DNA of 64,000 nucleotides from an uncultured virus (IMG/VR IMGVR_UViG_3300030104_007230) (Duplodnaviria > Heunggongvirae > Uroviricota > Caudoviricetes). A model generated the notes under the pieces. That model was not told the DNA's origin. It was given only the letters and a program-made list of their open reading frames with translations, and did not search any database. A program made the position numbers and the translations under genes. The stretch is from positions 1 to 64,000 of IMG/VR virus record IMGVR_UViG_3300030104_007230; one strand, given 5' to 3'. Shown here one piece after another: positions 47,086 to 56,377 of this stretch. The first letter of the stretch is position 1; each line of letters starts with the position of its first letter.

Positions 47086-47583
47086 ATGAAACCACCGAGT
47101 ACAAATAATTGTTATAATTTTCGAGTTATTTCTGTTGATCGTATTGTAGATGGTGACACAATAGATGTTACTTTTGATTTAGGTTTTGGCATTTGCAAAT
47201 CAGAAAGAATCAGAGTAGCTGGTATCGACACTCCAGAAAAAAGAACACGTAACCTTGAAGAAAAAGAGTTAGGAATACATGCAAGTGAATGGCTTGAATG
47301 TCAATTAGAAGGTGCTATAGCAGGAGAAGAAGATTTAGTTATTAAAACTGAATTAGAAGGAGGTAAAGGTAAATTTGGAAGACTTTTAGGTTGGCTTTAT
47401 ATTGGCTATCCTGAATGTGAAGATAATGGTGATTGTACTTGTTTATGTCATAAGCAAACATCTATCAACGAAGAAATGGTTAAGAAAGGATATGCATGGG
47501 AGTATGATGGCGGTACAAAATCCAAAGATCTCGAAGAATTAAGACAAATTCGACGAGATTTAGGAACTTTAATTTCAGAATAA
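47086..47583 (+). CDS. Thermonuclease (SNase-like)
   Basis: IVDGDTIDV, RVAGIDTPE, GKFGRLLG, INEEMVKKGYA. Confidence 0.9.
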   Translation: MKPPSTNNCYNFRVISVDRIVDGDTIDVTFDLGFGICKSERIRVAGIDTPEKRTRNLEEKELGIHASEWLECQLEGAIAGEEDLVIKTELEGGKGKFGRLLGWLYIGYPECEDNGDCTCLCHKQTSINEEMVKKGYAWEYDGGTKSKDLEELRQIRRDLGTLISE

Positions 47584-47586
47584 GCC

Positions 47587-48599
47587 ATGTCTTGTAAGGT
47601 TCAAAAAATTGTCAACTTCGTTGCTCTTGCGTCTGGTGCTGTATCTCTCGCTGTTGTCGGGAGTGGTTTATTTATATACGTACAAAGAGATCAACTTATT
47701 GATAAAGTTAAATCTCAAGTTCTTAAATCAGTTACTGGATCATTACCTTCTTTAGTAGATACTAAACTTCCAAACCTAACTGGACCAGCACAACCGAGTA
47801 AAGGAATAGGATTACCAAATATAGGTCTTCCTAGATAGTGGAACAAATACCTGATATTGATATTCAGGTTACTCAAATAGGTGTACCACAAATTCAAATA
47901 TGGAGTTTACCTGTAAAACCTACAGCTCCTGAAACTCCACCAGTTACTGTACTTATTGGTACTCCTGTAGTTGATATTCCAGGTTGTGTTGAGTTCCATC
48001 CTGATGATAAAAGAGCACAAAATTTACCAATAGAAGATGACAATGGTTTAAAAACCTTTTGTCCTAATGGGCAATATCCTAGTTTTAATGCTATGGATTA
48101 TAGTCCTGAAGATTTAATTTATACAACTGCAGCAAAACCTCCTGTTTATGCAGCTCCACCTGATCCTGAAGCTCCAGAAACAAAAGTTCCTGAAGTACCA
48201 AAGGAAGAGGTGCCCTGTCCTGGACCTAATTCTCCTCGCATTGGAGACGTAGCTCAAAATCAAAAAGAGAAGGTATCAGGTTTTAAATTAAATGAAGATA
48301 AGACAATTTGTATAACATTATATGAGGATATTGGATTTACTGAACAATATTTACCTTCACCACAACTTGCTAGTACTACTGCAATTATTGCATCTACCGC
48401 TGTTGTTTCTAGTGTTCTTGCAAAACCTTTAGCTGATTTACTTTTAAAGACTGTAAAACCTATTATTAAAAAAGTTATTACAGCAGTTCAAAAAAAACTT
48501 GGTAAAACTCCAAGGAAATTAACTACTTCTGAGATTCGTTCAAATCAATACCGAGAGAAAAGGAGTCTCCCTCCTTTAAAGGAGCCGAAGAAGAAATAG
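47587..48599 (+). other. Two cyanophage-type membrane proteins (47587-47838; Pro-rich 47838-48599)
   Basis: TM segments; PVVDIPGCVE.H...CP...PSFNAMDY.P motif. Confidence 0.7.
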
Positions 48600-49410
48600 A
48601 ATGCGTATGAGGTCCAACTACACCTGGAGGATTGACCAACATAACATCGGAACAAATCACTGCTGATTTTGATTTAGGATGAAAAACCACTCCTGATTTT
48701 AATAGCTCTCCACAATTTTTTAAACGTGCAATTTCAAAGTCTAATCTTTTATTAGCTATAAGTTGATTTCGCATTCTAAGTCGTGTATCCACAGCCCTTT
48801 TACATCTGGCTTGCAATCCTTTATCAAGGGGTATGGAAATGGTTGCGGAAATTCCCAAGGAGAAATTGAATTGGTCTTTTTGACCTGTTCTTGTTGGCAC
48901 GTGGTATAGAATCGCTCCTGGATTGTCGATGATTCCATCATCATCGGAGTCAGAGACATCATATACAGGATCATCATAATAATATTCTCTAGGTTTTTGA
49001 AAACTGTGTGCGTCGGTAACAAAAGGTGTGATATTTAAAGTAGGACCTTGGCATGAGATTCCATCTCCATATGTATTTGTAATATAAGGTCCTTGTAAAA
49101 CTTGGATGGCCTGATTTGTAACACTACCACTGCTGTTAGCTACAGGATTAGCAGTTGCACTTACCCCACCAACATCCGAAGCATTTATTTTTGTAGGAAA
49201 AAATACATTTACATTCAATAAAACTAATAAAAAATAGCTTAGTTGCTGAAAGTTGAAGTCGTGTCGGTCACACTTTGTATCTCGGTCACTCTTTGTATGA
49301 TGGTCTGGTTGACCATCCCAGGAGAGCGATATGTTTCGGTAAATTGAAAGCTGCCACCAGGATTTACTATTGTCCAATCTGGTTTGTTTGCAGCATCTAG
49401 ACCCGTCCAT
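48523..49410 (-). CDS. Cyanophage-type exported protein (start uncertain)
   Basis: VSATANPVANSSGSVTNQAIQVLQG...CQGPTLNITPF...RLDFEIARLKNCGEL. Confidence 0.7.
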   Translation of the reverse strand: MDGSRCCKQTRLDNSKSWWQLSIYRNISLSWDGQPDHHTKSDRDTKCDRHDFNFQQLSYFLLVLLNVNVFFPTKINASDVGGVSATANPVANSSGSVTNQAIQVLQGPYITNTYGDGISCQGPTLNITPFVTDAHSFQKPREYYYDDPVYDVSDSDDDGIIDNPGAILYHVPTRTGQKDQFNFSLGISATISIPLDKGLQARCKRAVDTRLRMRNQLIANKRLDFEIARLKNCGELLKSGVVFHPKSKSAVICSDVMLVNPPGVVGPHTHSISSSAPLKEGDSFSLGIDLNESQK

Positions 49411-49670
49411 GTAGAAGTTACACCTTGAAGGGTATTTGTATCACCTGTTATCGCATCTGGTGAAATACTTATTCCAGAATGCTCGACATTAGTACCCGTC
49501 ACAGTATACTGCCACCCTGTTTGATAATCAATTGAATTTATCGTCTCCGTTACCTTAGATGTCGTTTCTGTATGGGACGTCATTCCACCTTGAGTGAAAT
49601 TTGGAATAACAGGAACTGCCCCAGCTTCAGATACAAACAATAATGATAAGAAGGTTAATAAGCGTTTCAT
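49239..49670 (-). CDS. Signal-peptide beta-rich protein
   Basis: MKRLLTFLSLLFVSEAGA-VPVIPNFTQG...FQFTETY..PG. Confidence 0.8.
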   Translation of the reverse strand: MKRLLTFLSLLFVSEAGAVPVIPNFTQGGMTSHTETTSKVTETINSIDYQTGWQYTVTGTNVEHSGISISPDAITGDTNTLQGVTSTWTGLDAANKPDWTIVNPGGSFQFTETYRSPGMVNQTIIQRVTEIQSVTDTTSTFSN

Positions 49671-49680
49671 CGTGGCTTAT

Positions 49681-50187
49681 TTAATCTCCTATAACAACCT
49701 CACTTACAAATTGGCCAGTGGCAGTCGTACCAGCGCCTCCAGCGGTTAAAGTAACTACCCCAGCACTGGTAATTGTCCCTGCAAGAGTACCTGCAACACC
49801 ACCAGATTGAGTTGTAGTATTACCAAAAGCTGGCATATCAGCTACCACTCCAGAAGTAACATCAACTCCAGCTCCTATTGCTGGAACTCCATCTCCTTGG
49901 GTCCATGATTCGCTGAACGAAAAAGCCGATCCAGAAGTATTCATCTCGTAAGCACCAACGTCTAGAGTAGCTGCAGTTGTTGCTGTCCCAGCTGTTAATT
50001 TTCCAAAGTGATTGTCAGTTGCCACTTTGATATTTGAACCTGAGACGGCGTAAGTTGAGCCGATTCTTTCTGCACTTGTTGCTGCGCCCGTGACCGATAG
50101 TTGAGTTGACGTTGATAGCCTATGAACCAGATCTGCTTTTACAGAAGGTGCAATAAAGAAAATTAGTAAAGGGATTACTTTCCACAT
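49681..50187 (-). CDS. Signal-peptide Gly/Thr-rich protein
   Basis: MWKVIPLLIFFIAPSVKA-DLVHRLSTSTQL...AGGAGTTATGQFVSE. Confidence 0.8.
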   Translation of the reverse strand: MWKVIPLLIFFIAPSVKADLVHRLSTSTQLSVTGAATSAERIGSTYAVSGSNIKVATDNHFGKLTAGTATTAATLDVGAYEMNTSGSAFSFSESWTQGDGVPAIGAGVDVTSGVVADMPAFGNTTTQSGGVAGTLAGTITSAGVVTLTAGGAGTTATGQFVSEVVIGD

Positions 50188-50258
50188 AATAATCTTTAGT
50201 GATCTTTATAAACATAAGTTTACATGAAGGTAAACTTATAAAATAATACTTATTAATC

Positions 50259-50720
50259 ATGACTGAAAATTTAGAAAAAAATCCTATCAAAACCGATCCT
50301 ATAAAAAAGAAGAGCGTACTTAATAAAGTTAAAGATGCCTTGCTTCCTGATCAAGAAGAACAAGCTGCAATCATCTCCACAGCTGTCAGAATTGTAGTAC
50401 TTGGGTGGTCGGGTGCGATCTTAACTTTGAATTACGTTTCTATTCCAGGAATACCACAACAAAAAATAGATCCGACATTTATAGCTTCAGTTTTTACAGG
50501 GGTACTTGCTAGTTTTGGCATTGCTACAGCATCTAAAAAAGGAGATGGAACAATGAAAATGAACGGTGAAAATAATAATCAAGTTAGTAAAGAAGATATG
50601 GAAAAAATGATTGAAAAGGCTGCAGCTACTTCTGCTGTTCAAACAATAAGAATTGAACAAGCTCCTTTAGTGATAAAAACAGAAAATAATAAAAAAGAAG
50701 ATAAAAAATATACTTTATAA
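50259..50720 (+). CDS. Two-TM cyanophage membrane protein
   Basis: VRIVVLGWSGAILTLNY...KIDPTFIASVFTGVLASFG. Confidence 0.8.
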   Translation: MTENLEKNPIKTDPIKKKSVLNKVKDALLPDQEEQAAIISTAVRIVVLGWSGAILTLNYVSIPGIPQQKIDPTFIASVFTGVLASFGIATASKKGDGTMKMNGENNNQVSKEDMEKMIEKAAATSAVQTIRIEQAPLVIKTENNKKEDKKYTL

Positions 50721-50761
50721 AAGTTAGGTGACATAATATTCTTGTAGTTTAAAATTTTCAA

Positions 50762-51401
50762 GTGGACATTCCTAATCTTCAATCTCAAGTACAAGCGCAG
50801 CTAGATGAATTAGCAGGAAAAATAAGAGAAGCAGAAGAATCTCTTATGCGCCTTAAAGAAAACTTTTTAAAAGTTCAAGGAGCAAAAGAAATGTTGAATA
50901 TAGTTGCTGCTGAAGAAAATAAAACCTTAACAGATCAAGAAGTAAGTCCAGATCAAACTTCTTCCGCTACTGCAGACTAATGATCAATCAATTTACGAAA
51001 GGACGTTATAAAGCTTTAGAGTTATTATCTCAATATTTAAAAACTCCTTCTCGTCAATTGAAATTAGATGCAATCATTACGGATATTCCAGAAGAAGACC
51101 TTCGTTGGGTTACAGAGCATTTTCATTACTATGCTTTAAAACTTTTGGAAGAAGTAGAAGACAAAGTGCAAAGACAAGCTGAGATTTGATTTCTATAGAT
51201 TGAAACGAGATATAATAAGCATATATTATATGAAAGTTTGTGGAATACGATTCTGATCCAATAGCACCTAAAGATTTTTTAGATAAAAAAGTTAAAGAAT
51301 TAAGTTCTTTTGAACAAGATGAAATAACAAAAGATTTAATGGATCAAAGAGATTTAGAGCAACAGCTAAGTTCTGATGAAAAATATCAAGATTATTTATA
51401 A
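50762..51401 (+). other. Three small genes (50762-50980 coiled coil; 50980-51189; 51240-51401 hand-translated)
   Basis: Abutting ORFs with TATAAT/CATAAT boxes upstream. Confidence 0.6.
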
Positions 51402-51403
51402 AC

Positions 51404-51862
51404 ATGACTAAAAAACAATCAAAAGAAATTTGTTATTGTCATCTAGTACAGCTTTTACGTTGTACTTCTCATCTTTTAAATCAAACTTATATTGTTCATT
51501 GGAATCTTATAGGATCTAAGTTTTACAGTATGCATCTTTTAACTGAAGATATTTATAAAGAAATGCAAAAAGGACTAGATGTTGTTGCTGAACATATACG
51601 TTCTTTAGATATTAGTATTCCTTTTTGTGTTATGGATTTAAATGAAGCAAAAGAATTAAATCCTTTACCGCATGATTGTTTTGCACAAGAAGAAATGATT
51701 CATGTTTTATCAATGAACTACAATAAACTTGCTGAATCTTTCTCAAAACTTTCAGAAGAAGCCGAAGCTATTGGAGATCAATTAACAATGGATCTTGCAG
51801 CTGAAAGAGGACGCACACATAAGAAACAACAATGGCTATTAAAGTCAAATCTTCCAGTATAA
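51404..51862 (+). CDS. dps: Dps/ferritin-like protein
   Basis: HWNLIGSKFYSMHLLTEDIY.E....LDVVAEHIRSL signature; C-terminal HKKQQWLLKS. Confidence 0.9.
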   Translation: MTKKQSKEICYCHLVQLLRCTSHLLNQTYIVHWNLIGSKFYSMHLLTEDIYKEMQKGLDVVAEHIRSLDISIPFCVMDLNEAKELNPLPHDCFAQEEMIHVLSMNYNKLAESFSKLSEEAEAIGDQLTMDLAAERGRTHKKQQWLLKSNLPV

Positions 51863-51886
51863 TTACTTAATCTAATACAATTTAAA

Positions 51887-52150
51887 ATGTTTGCTGCTAA
51901 AGCTATTTTCTCTCATGGAAATATGGAGCCATTTTCTCCTGAACTGCAATTAGTAATAATTATTTGTGTAATACTTTTTTCATCTGTAGGTTATGGACTT
52001 TATGCTACTTTTGGAGAAGGAGCTGAAGAGCTTAGAGATACTATTGACGAACATGCAAAATTACATGAATTAGGAATAGCACATGGACATAATACAAAAG
52101 GATTATATGCAAAAAATGGAGCAGATGATTACCCAAAACATAAGCACTAA
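51887..52150 (+). CDS. psbN: PsbN-like photosystem II assembly protein with a His-rich tail (start may be 51923)
   Basis: TM helix plus GYGLYATFG.GAEELRD.IDEH, then AKLHELGIAHGH. Confidence 0.8.
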   Translation: MFAAKAIFSHGNMEPFSPELQLVIIICVILFSSVGYGLYATFGEGAEELRDTIDEHAKLHELGIAHGHNTKGLYAKNGADDYPKHKH

Positions 52151-52391
52151 TAAATTAAGAAAGTTTAATTAAATTCTTGAAATTGTTTATTTGTTTTAAG
52201 ATAAACAAGTAAATCAAATTAACAAGTGGAAGGAATTTTTCTTACTTCAGTGCTTGTTTTCTATACTGTTTATATCGGTAGCTCTTACGTCTTTGCTCAT
52301 TCTTACAGAGAAAAAAAGAGGAAATAAACTCTTAGTTACTGTTGTCACATGGTTACTGCTGTTAAGATGATTAAATAACGGCAGGACTCTT

Positions 52392-52610
52392 TTGGATTCC
52401 ATGTTAGAGCTATCAGTGGATCAGCAGTTTGCAATTCACGCTGCAGCAGTCGCAATCAAGGAACTTGATCGAGATGAGCTAGAAGAAGCTTTTATTGACA
52501 TGCTTCATCAAAAGGCTACCGAGCGTCAGATTTTTCTGAACATATTAAAGGAACATGGTATCGATGCAGATATCAGTTTCAAATTCTTAAAAGCTAACCA
52601 GAGACCTTAA
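52392..52610 (+). CDS. nblA: NblA-like phycobilisome degradation adaptor
   Basis: ELSVDQQFAI...IKELDRDELEEAFIDMLHQK...FLNILK matches the NblA LSLEQQF helix-loop-helix pattern. Confidence 0.75.
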   Translation: MDSMLELSVDQQFAIHAAAVAIKELDRDELEEAFIDMLHQKATERQIFLNILKEHGIDADISFKFLKANQRP

Positions 52611-52614
52611 TCCA

Positions 52615-52998
52615 ATGGCAACTAGAACTATTAAAGGAACCTTAGACACGCTAGAAGTGGATGCTGGTTCAGAAATTACGTATAAAGGAGGCTCTTTAAC
52701 AGGCAGTCCTAGTAACAATAAACGTGCTTTTCAGGTTAATCCAGGAGGAACGGGTTCTTTAATTGTCGATCTTGATAAAGCAGTAGGTGTTAAAACACTT
52801 GAAATTTTTCAAGAAGATGCTTATACAGGATCTGCACGTGCTACAGGTTATCAAACAATTACTAACATTGGAAAAGATGGTAAAGGCAAAGGCGCTGTTG
52901 CAGTAACAGTAACAAATGCAGCAAAGAATTATATTGTTATGCTTACCTTAAGTGGTTATTCAGAAGTTGCCTACAGCGGATCCGTTACTATCCCGTAA
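52615..52998 (+). CDS. Beta-rich probable structural protein
   Basis: 127 aa, Thr/Gly-rich, Ig/PPC-like pattern. Confidence 0.6.
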   Translation: MATRTIKGTLDTLEVDAGSEITYKGGSLTGSPSNNKRAFQVNPGGTGSLIVDLDKAVGVKTLEIFQEDAYTGSARATGYQTITNIGKDGKGKGAVAVTVTNAAKNYIVMLTLSGYSEVAYSGSVTIP

Positions 52999-53695
52999 AT
53001 TAGATACTTCGTATGCAAATAAATATGCTTATAAAATAATTTCTTGGTATGCCATTCCAAGAACCTATAAAGGATTTGACTCTTTTGCTTCATATAAAAA
53101 AGAAGGTGAATCGATATGGCGAATAGGTTATAACAGTACAGAGATAAGAGATAGAGTTATATCAGGAAGAACTAAAGCCACTAGAGAAGAAATAGAAGAA
53201 CAACTTCAAAGAGATTTAGAAAAACTTTCTTATAAAATAGCAAGATTAATTATCTGGCCTTTAAATGCTAAGAAAAAAGCAGCAATTTTAAGTTATGCAT
53301 TTAGCATAGGTTTTCCTGCTTTTAAAGATTCTGATTTACTAAAAATAATAAATAAAGGCGCTAAAAGAAAAGAAATTATTAAGATTTGGTCTCCTTATAT
53401 CAATAAAGAATGGATTCATTATGGACAAAATTTTATTGATCAACGTAGATCAGAACTAAATTTATTCTTGGAACCTGCTAAACAAATTCCTACTTTAGTT
53501 CCACATAAATGTAAACTTAAAGAGTGCCTTTTAAATATAAGTACTACATATAATGGAAATATCAACCAGATTAAGGCAATCACTTATCTGGAAAAGAAAC
53601 TTTTAGAATTTGATCCGTCTGGAGAGGTTCTTCGCAGGTTTTTTCGATACTGGAATCAATCTCCAGGAGGTCTGGGATCTCCAAATTGCCTTTAG
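52952..53695 (+). CDS. GH24 phage-lysozyme-like protein with a degenerate active site and a C-terminal helical domain
   Basis: WRIGY, T.EE....L..DL, AAILSYAFSIG..AF..S.LLK.IN.G, RR.E..LF. Confidence 0.75.
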   Translation: MVIQKLPTADPLLSRKLDTSYANKYAYKIISWYAIPRTYKGFDSFASYKKEGESIWRIGYNSTEIRDRVISGRTKATREEIEEQLQRDLEKLSYKIARLIIWPLNAKKKAAILSYAFSIGFPAFKDSDLLKIINKGAKRKEIIKIWSPYINKEWIHYGQNFIDQRRSELNLFLEPAKQIPTLVPHKCKLKECLLNISTTYNGNINQIKAITYLEKKLLEFDPSGEVLRRFFRYWNQSPGGLGSPNCL

Positions 53696-53757
53696 TATCT
53701 TGAAGCCAATCTAGACAGTCAATGATCTTCCACTCTTCGCTACATTCGTCAAGAAGT

Positions 53758-54081
53758 TCATTTATTTTCATTAATTTCTTTCCAAACTTTTAAGAGAATT
53801 AAGTAACCAATTAGATCTTGCAGAACATCTTCGTCATCTAGACAATTTGTTCCTTGCTTTATTCTATTCAATTTATCATCAATACGAACCAAGATCTGTT
53901 CATTACTACTTGCCTTACTGAATATACGTATTGGTTCCAATGCAGAATTCCCGTAAGCTTGATTTTTTTGTATTAAAAGATCTCGAATATCATCACAACT
54001 CTTGGCAATTAAAGCAACCGTCTCGTTCCTTTCCGAACCATTTAAAACCTTATGATCTGAAGAATTTGTTTTTTTAATCAT
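53758..54081 (-). CDS. Nucleotide-modification-associated domain 1 / DUF1599-like protein
   Basis: LLIQKNQAYGNS...VRIDDKLNRI...EDVLQDLIGYLIL. Confidence 0.8.
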   Translation of the reverse strand: MIKKTNSSDHKVLNGSERNETVALIAKSCDDIRDLLIQKNQAYGNSALEPIRIFSKASSNEQILVRIDDKLNRIKQGTNCLDDEDVLQDLIGYLILLKVWKEINENK

Positions 54082-54109
54082 TACTATTTAGTTTCGGTAG
54101 AATGTTACT

Positions 54110-54406
54110 ATGGCAAGAATAAGATCACAAGACTACGACGTAGATAATCGTTATAGTCAAACACAATTAAAATTAACTGGACAATCAGCAGGAGATAATT
54201 CTTCTGGCAAACAATATCTTAAAAATTATATTGAAAAAGATAGATTACGTGCATTAAAACCTATTGCTCCAGATAATCGAGATGAAAATAAATTTATTAT
54301 TCCAGCTTTAGGTGGGTTAGTTCCTCCTTCAGGAAATATAAGTAATACAGATGCAAAAGGAAGTTATAGAAATCAATTTAAAGCATCACAGAAACATTCT
54401 AGTTAA
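54110..54406 (+). CDS. Hypothetical late protein
   Basis: 98 aa; TAGAAT box 6 nt before ATG. Confidence 0.65.
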   Translation: MARIRSQDYDVDNRYSQTQLKLTGQSAGDNSSGKQYLKNYIEKDRLRALKPIAPDNRDENKFIIPALGGLVPPSGNISNTDAKGSYRNQFKASQKHSS

Positions 54407-55028
54407 TAATGTGACCTATATTAGAAAATATTTCTCTAAATCTCTCACTTGATTGAAAATCTAAACTAGGTTGTGGCAAATAAACAAAAAAGCCCCAAGT
54501 AAAAGGTGTTTTAAATCTATAATATTTTTTTCCTTGAATTAAATTTGCTCTTTTAGAAGGAATACAGATCGGATAATTCCACATTTCAGGACAAGCTCTG
54601 AACATCTCATGGTTACAAGAAAATAATAAACCTTCAAAAACATTACGAAGTTTCCATTCTTTTTCTAATCTTTTAAACCAAGCTATAGAGGGACTTGTTG
54701 AATTGGTTCCTCCATGTAATCCCCATTTCCATGTACCTCTTTGTTTATTAAATGAGCAACGTCCATAAGTAGGAGGAAAACAATAAACTTTTCCACTCCA
54801 AGGAATATCAATATTCAGACCATCATCTTCTTTTTCATAGAAACTTCTTGCATGTATAAAATCTTTATTTGCTTGTTTTGTACTACAAGGATCTAAATCT
54901 ATTTCATATTCAAATAAAGCAGCTATATAAGGTAAATATTCAGCAGGTGTAATCCAATCCTCTTCTATTCTCCATATTCGTTTTGCGTTCTCAAATTTTT
55001 TACGTGATTCTGCGTAACTTTTTTTCAT
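54399..55028 (-). CDS. Phage Dam-like DNA adenine methyltransferase with a non-canonical motif IV
   Basis: DWITP, IDLDPCS, Y...DDGL...W.GKVYCFPPTYG (NPPY expected). Confidence 0.75.
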   Translation of the reverse strand: MKKSYAESRKKFENAKRIWRIEEDWITPAEYLPYIAALFEYEIDLDPCSTKQANKDFIHARSFYEKEDDGLNIDIPWSGKVYCFPPTYGRCSFNKQRGTWKWGLHGGTNSTSPSIAWFKRLEKEWKLRNVFEGLLFSCNHEMFRACPEMWNYPICIPSKRANLIQGKKYYRFKTPFTWGFFVYLPQPSLDFQSSERFREIFSNIGHIIN

Positions 55029-56307
55029 CCATCTTGAATAGTTTTCTTTTCATTTTTATCGTAATGAATAAGAGATAGATAATTAGGATCTTGAAGTATA
55101 AAGAGCGCTTCTATTTTCGGATTGATTGTCTCAGCTTTTACTATAGCTTTACGCATGATATCAGCTAATTCTTTCATATCTCTGCTGCTCATATCTTCTA
55201 TTGCATTTGCTAAATGTTCAACTGTTAAATAAAACATTGTATTATCTTCTGATTTAGGAGCATAAACTATTGCACCAGCGCCTTCTGCATTATAAAATTT
55301 TTCATAAAATTCAGCCATATCTATAGTTATCCTTTCGATAACTAAATTAAGCATTTTTTGTTCTTCTTCAGACGGATTTGCTTTTAGTAGTTTGTTTAGG
55401 ATTTTCTTTCTGCGTTCTGTCATTTTTTATGTATTTAAAAAGATCGGAATTTTTTAGTGTGTTATGAAGTTTAGGTAAGCCGCGATAAAGAACAACTGGT
55501 TTACCTGCATTACCAATTTTCTTTACTAACTTACCACTAGAATCTCTAACTTTGATTAACTCTTCCTGTCTTAAAAGGTACTCTGCAACACAACGATAGC
55601 GACGTTTTGAATTTAAATCAATATCTGGAAAACGATCGCAAATTGTAGCTGCTTTCATATCACTGAAAGCTATGCGTATCTGATCTGCTAGTGATAAACC
55701 TAAAACCATATCATTAGTGGACGTTTCATAGCTTTGAATTAATTCTAAATATCTTCTTAGATCAGCATTTTCAAAACTACCTGAAGGAGGTATAAACATT
55801 TCAACTTGTGTTGCCAAAGAAGAAACTAATTTTTTTTCATAGTTTTTAATAGTTACACTATCAATATCTAATTCTCTAAAACGATAACTTTTATATTTTC
55901 TAACTGGTTCTAATTGTGCAATATTATCTTTATCTTCTGTAAGACACCAATCTACAAAATCCATATATAACCATTTTAATATTTTTATCTTAACGTTTTT
56001 CTAGGTATTTGCACCATTGTTTTTCATGTTCAATTTTTAAAACCCATTCTAAATAATTTCTTTTAGGTTCTATATCTTTAAAATTACCTGGTTTAGGTTT
56101 ACCACCATAATTGGCTGCTTCCCATAAAGCTTTTGCAATTTGCCTTTGTTGTTGAGTAGAAAGTTCTTTAAAAAGTAATTCTTCTGGCATTGATTTTAGA
56201 AGTTTGCTAAACTCTTCACTATCAGGAGAACATTTTTCATTATGAATAGAGCTATCACTTGGGCTGAATTGTTGCTTATTTTGTTTCTTGTTCCTATCGG
56301 ATTCCAT
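55025..56307 (-). other. Three hypothetical genes (55025-55423, 55368-55964, 55990-56307)
   Basis: Co-oriented ORFs; 55368-55964 may end in a winged-helix-like region. Confidence 0.65.
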
Positions 56308-56377
56308 GGAGTAACGAAAGGTTATGAGTATTTAACTGATAAAATTAGTATAGAGATTAAATTATTAGAGAAGTAAC

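Noticed and set aside
52335..52368. HLR1/RpaB or NtcA site upstream of nblA (GTTAC, GTCAC, GTTAC, GTTAA)
   Set aside because: Spacing of 9/8/9 does not fit the 10-nt HLR1 repeat, and there is no GTA-N8-TAC
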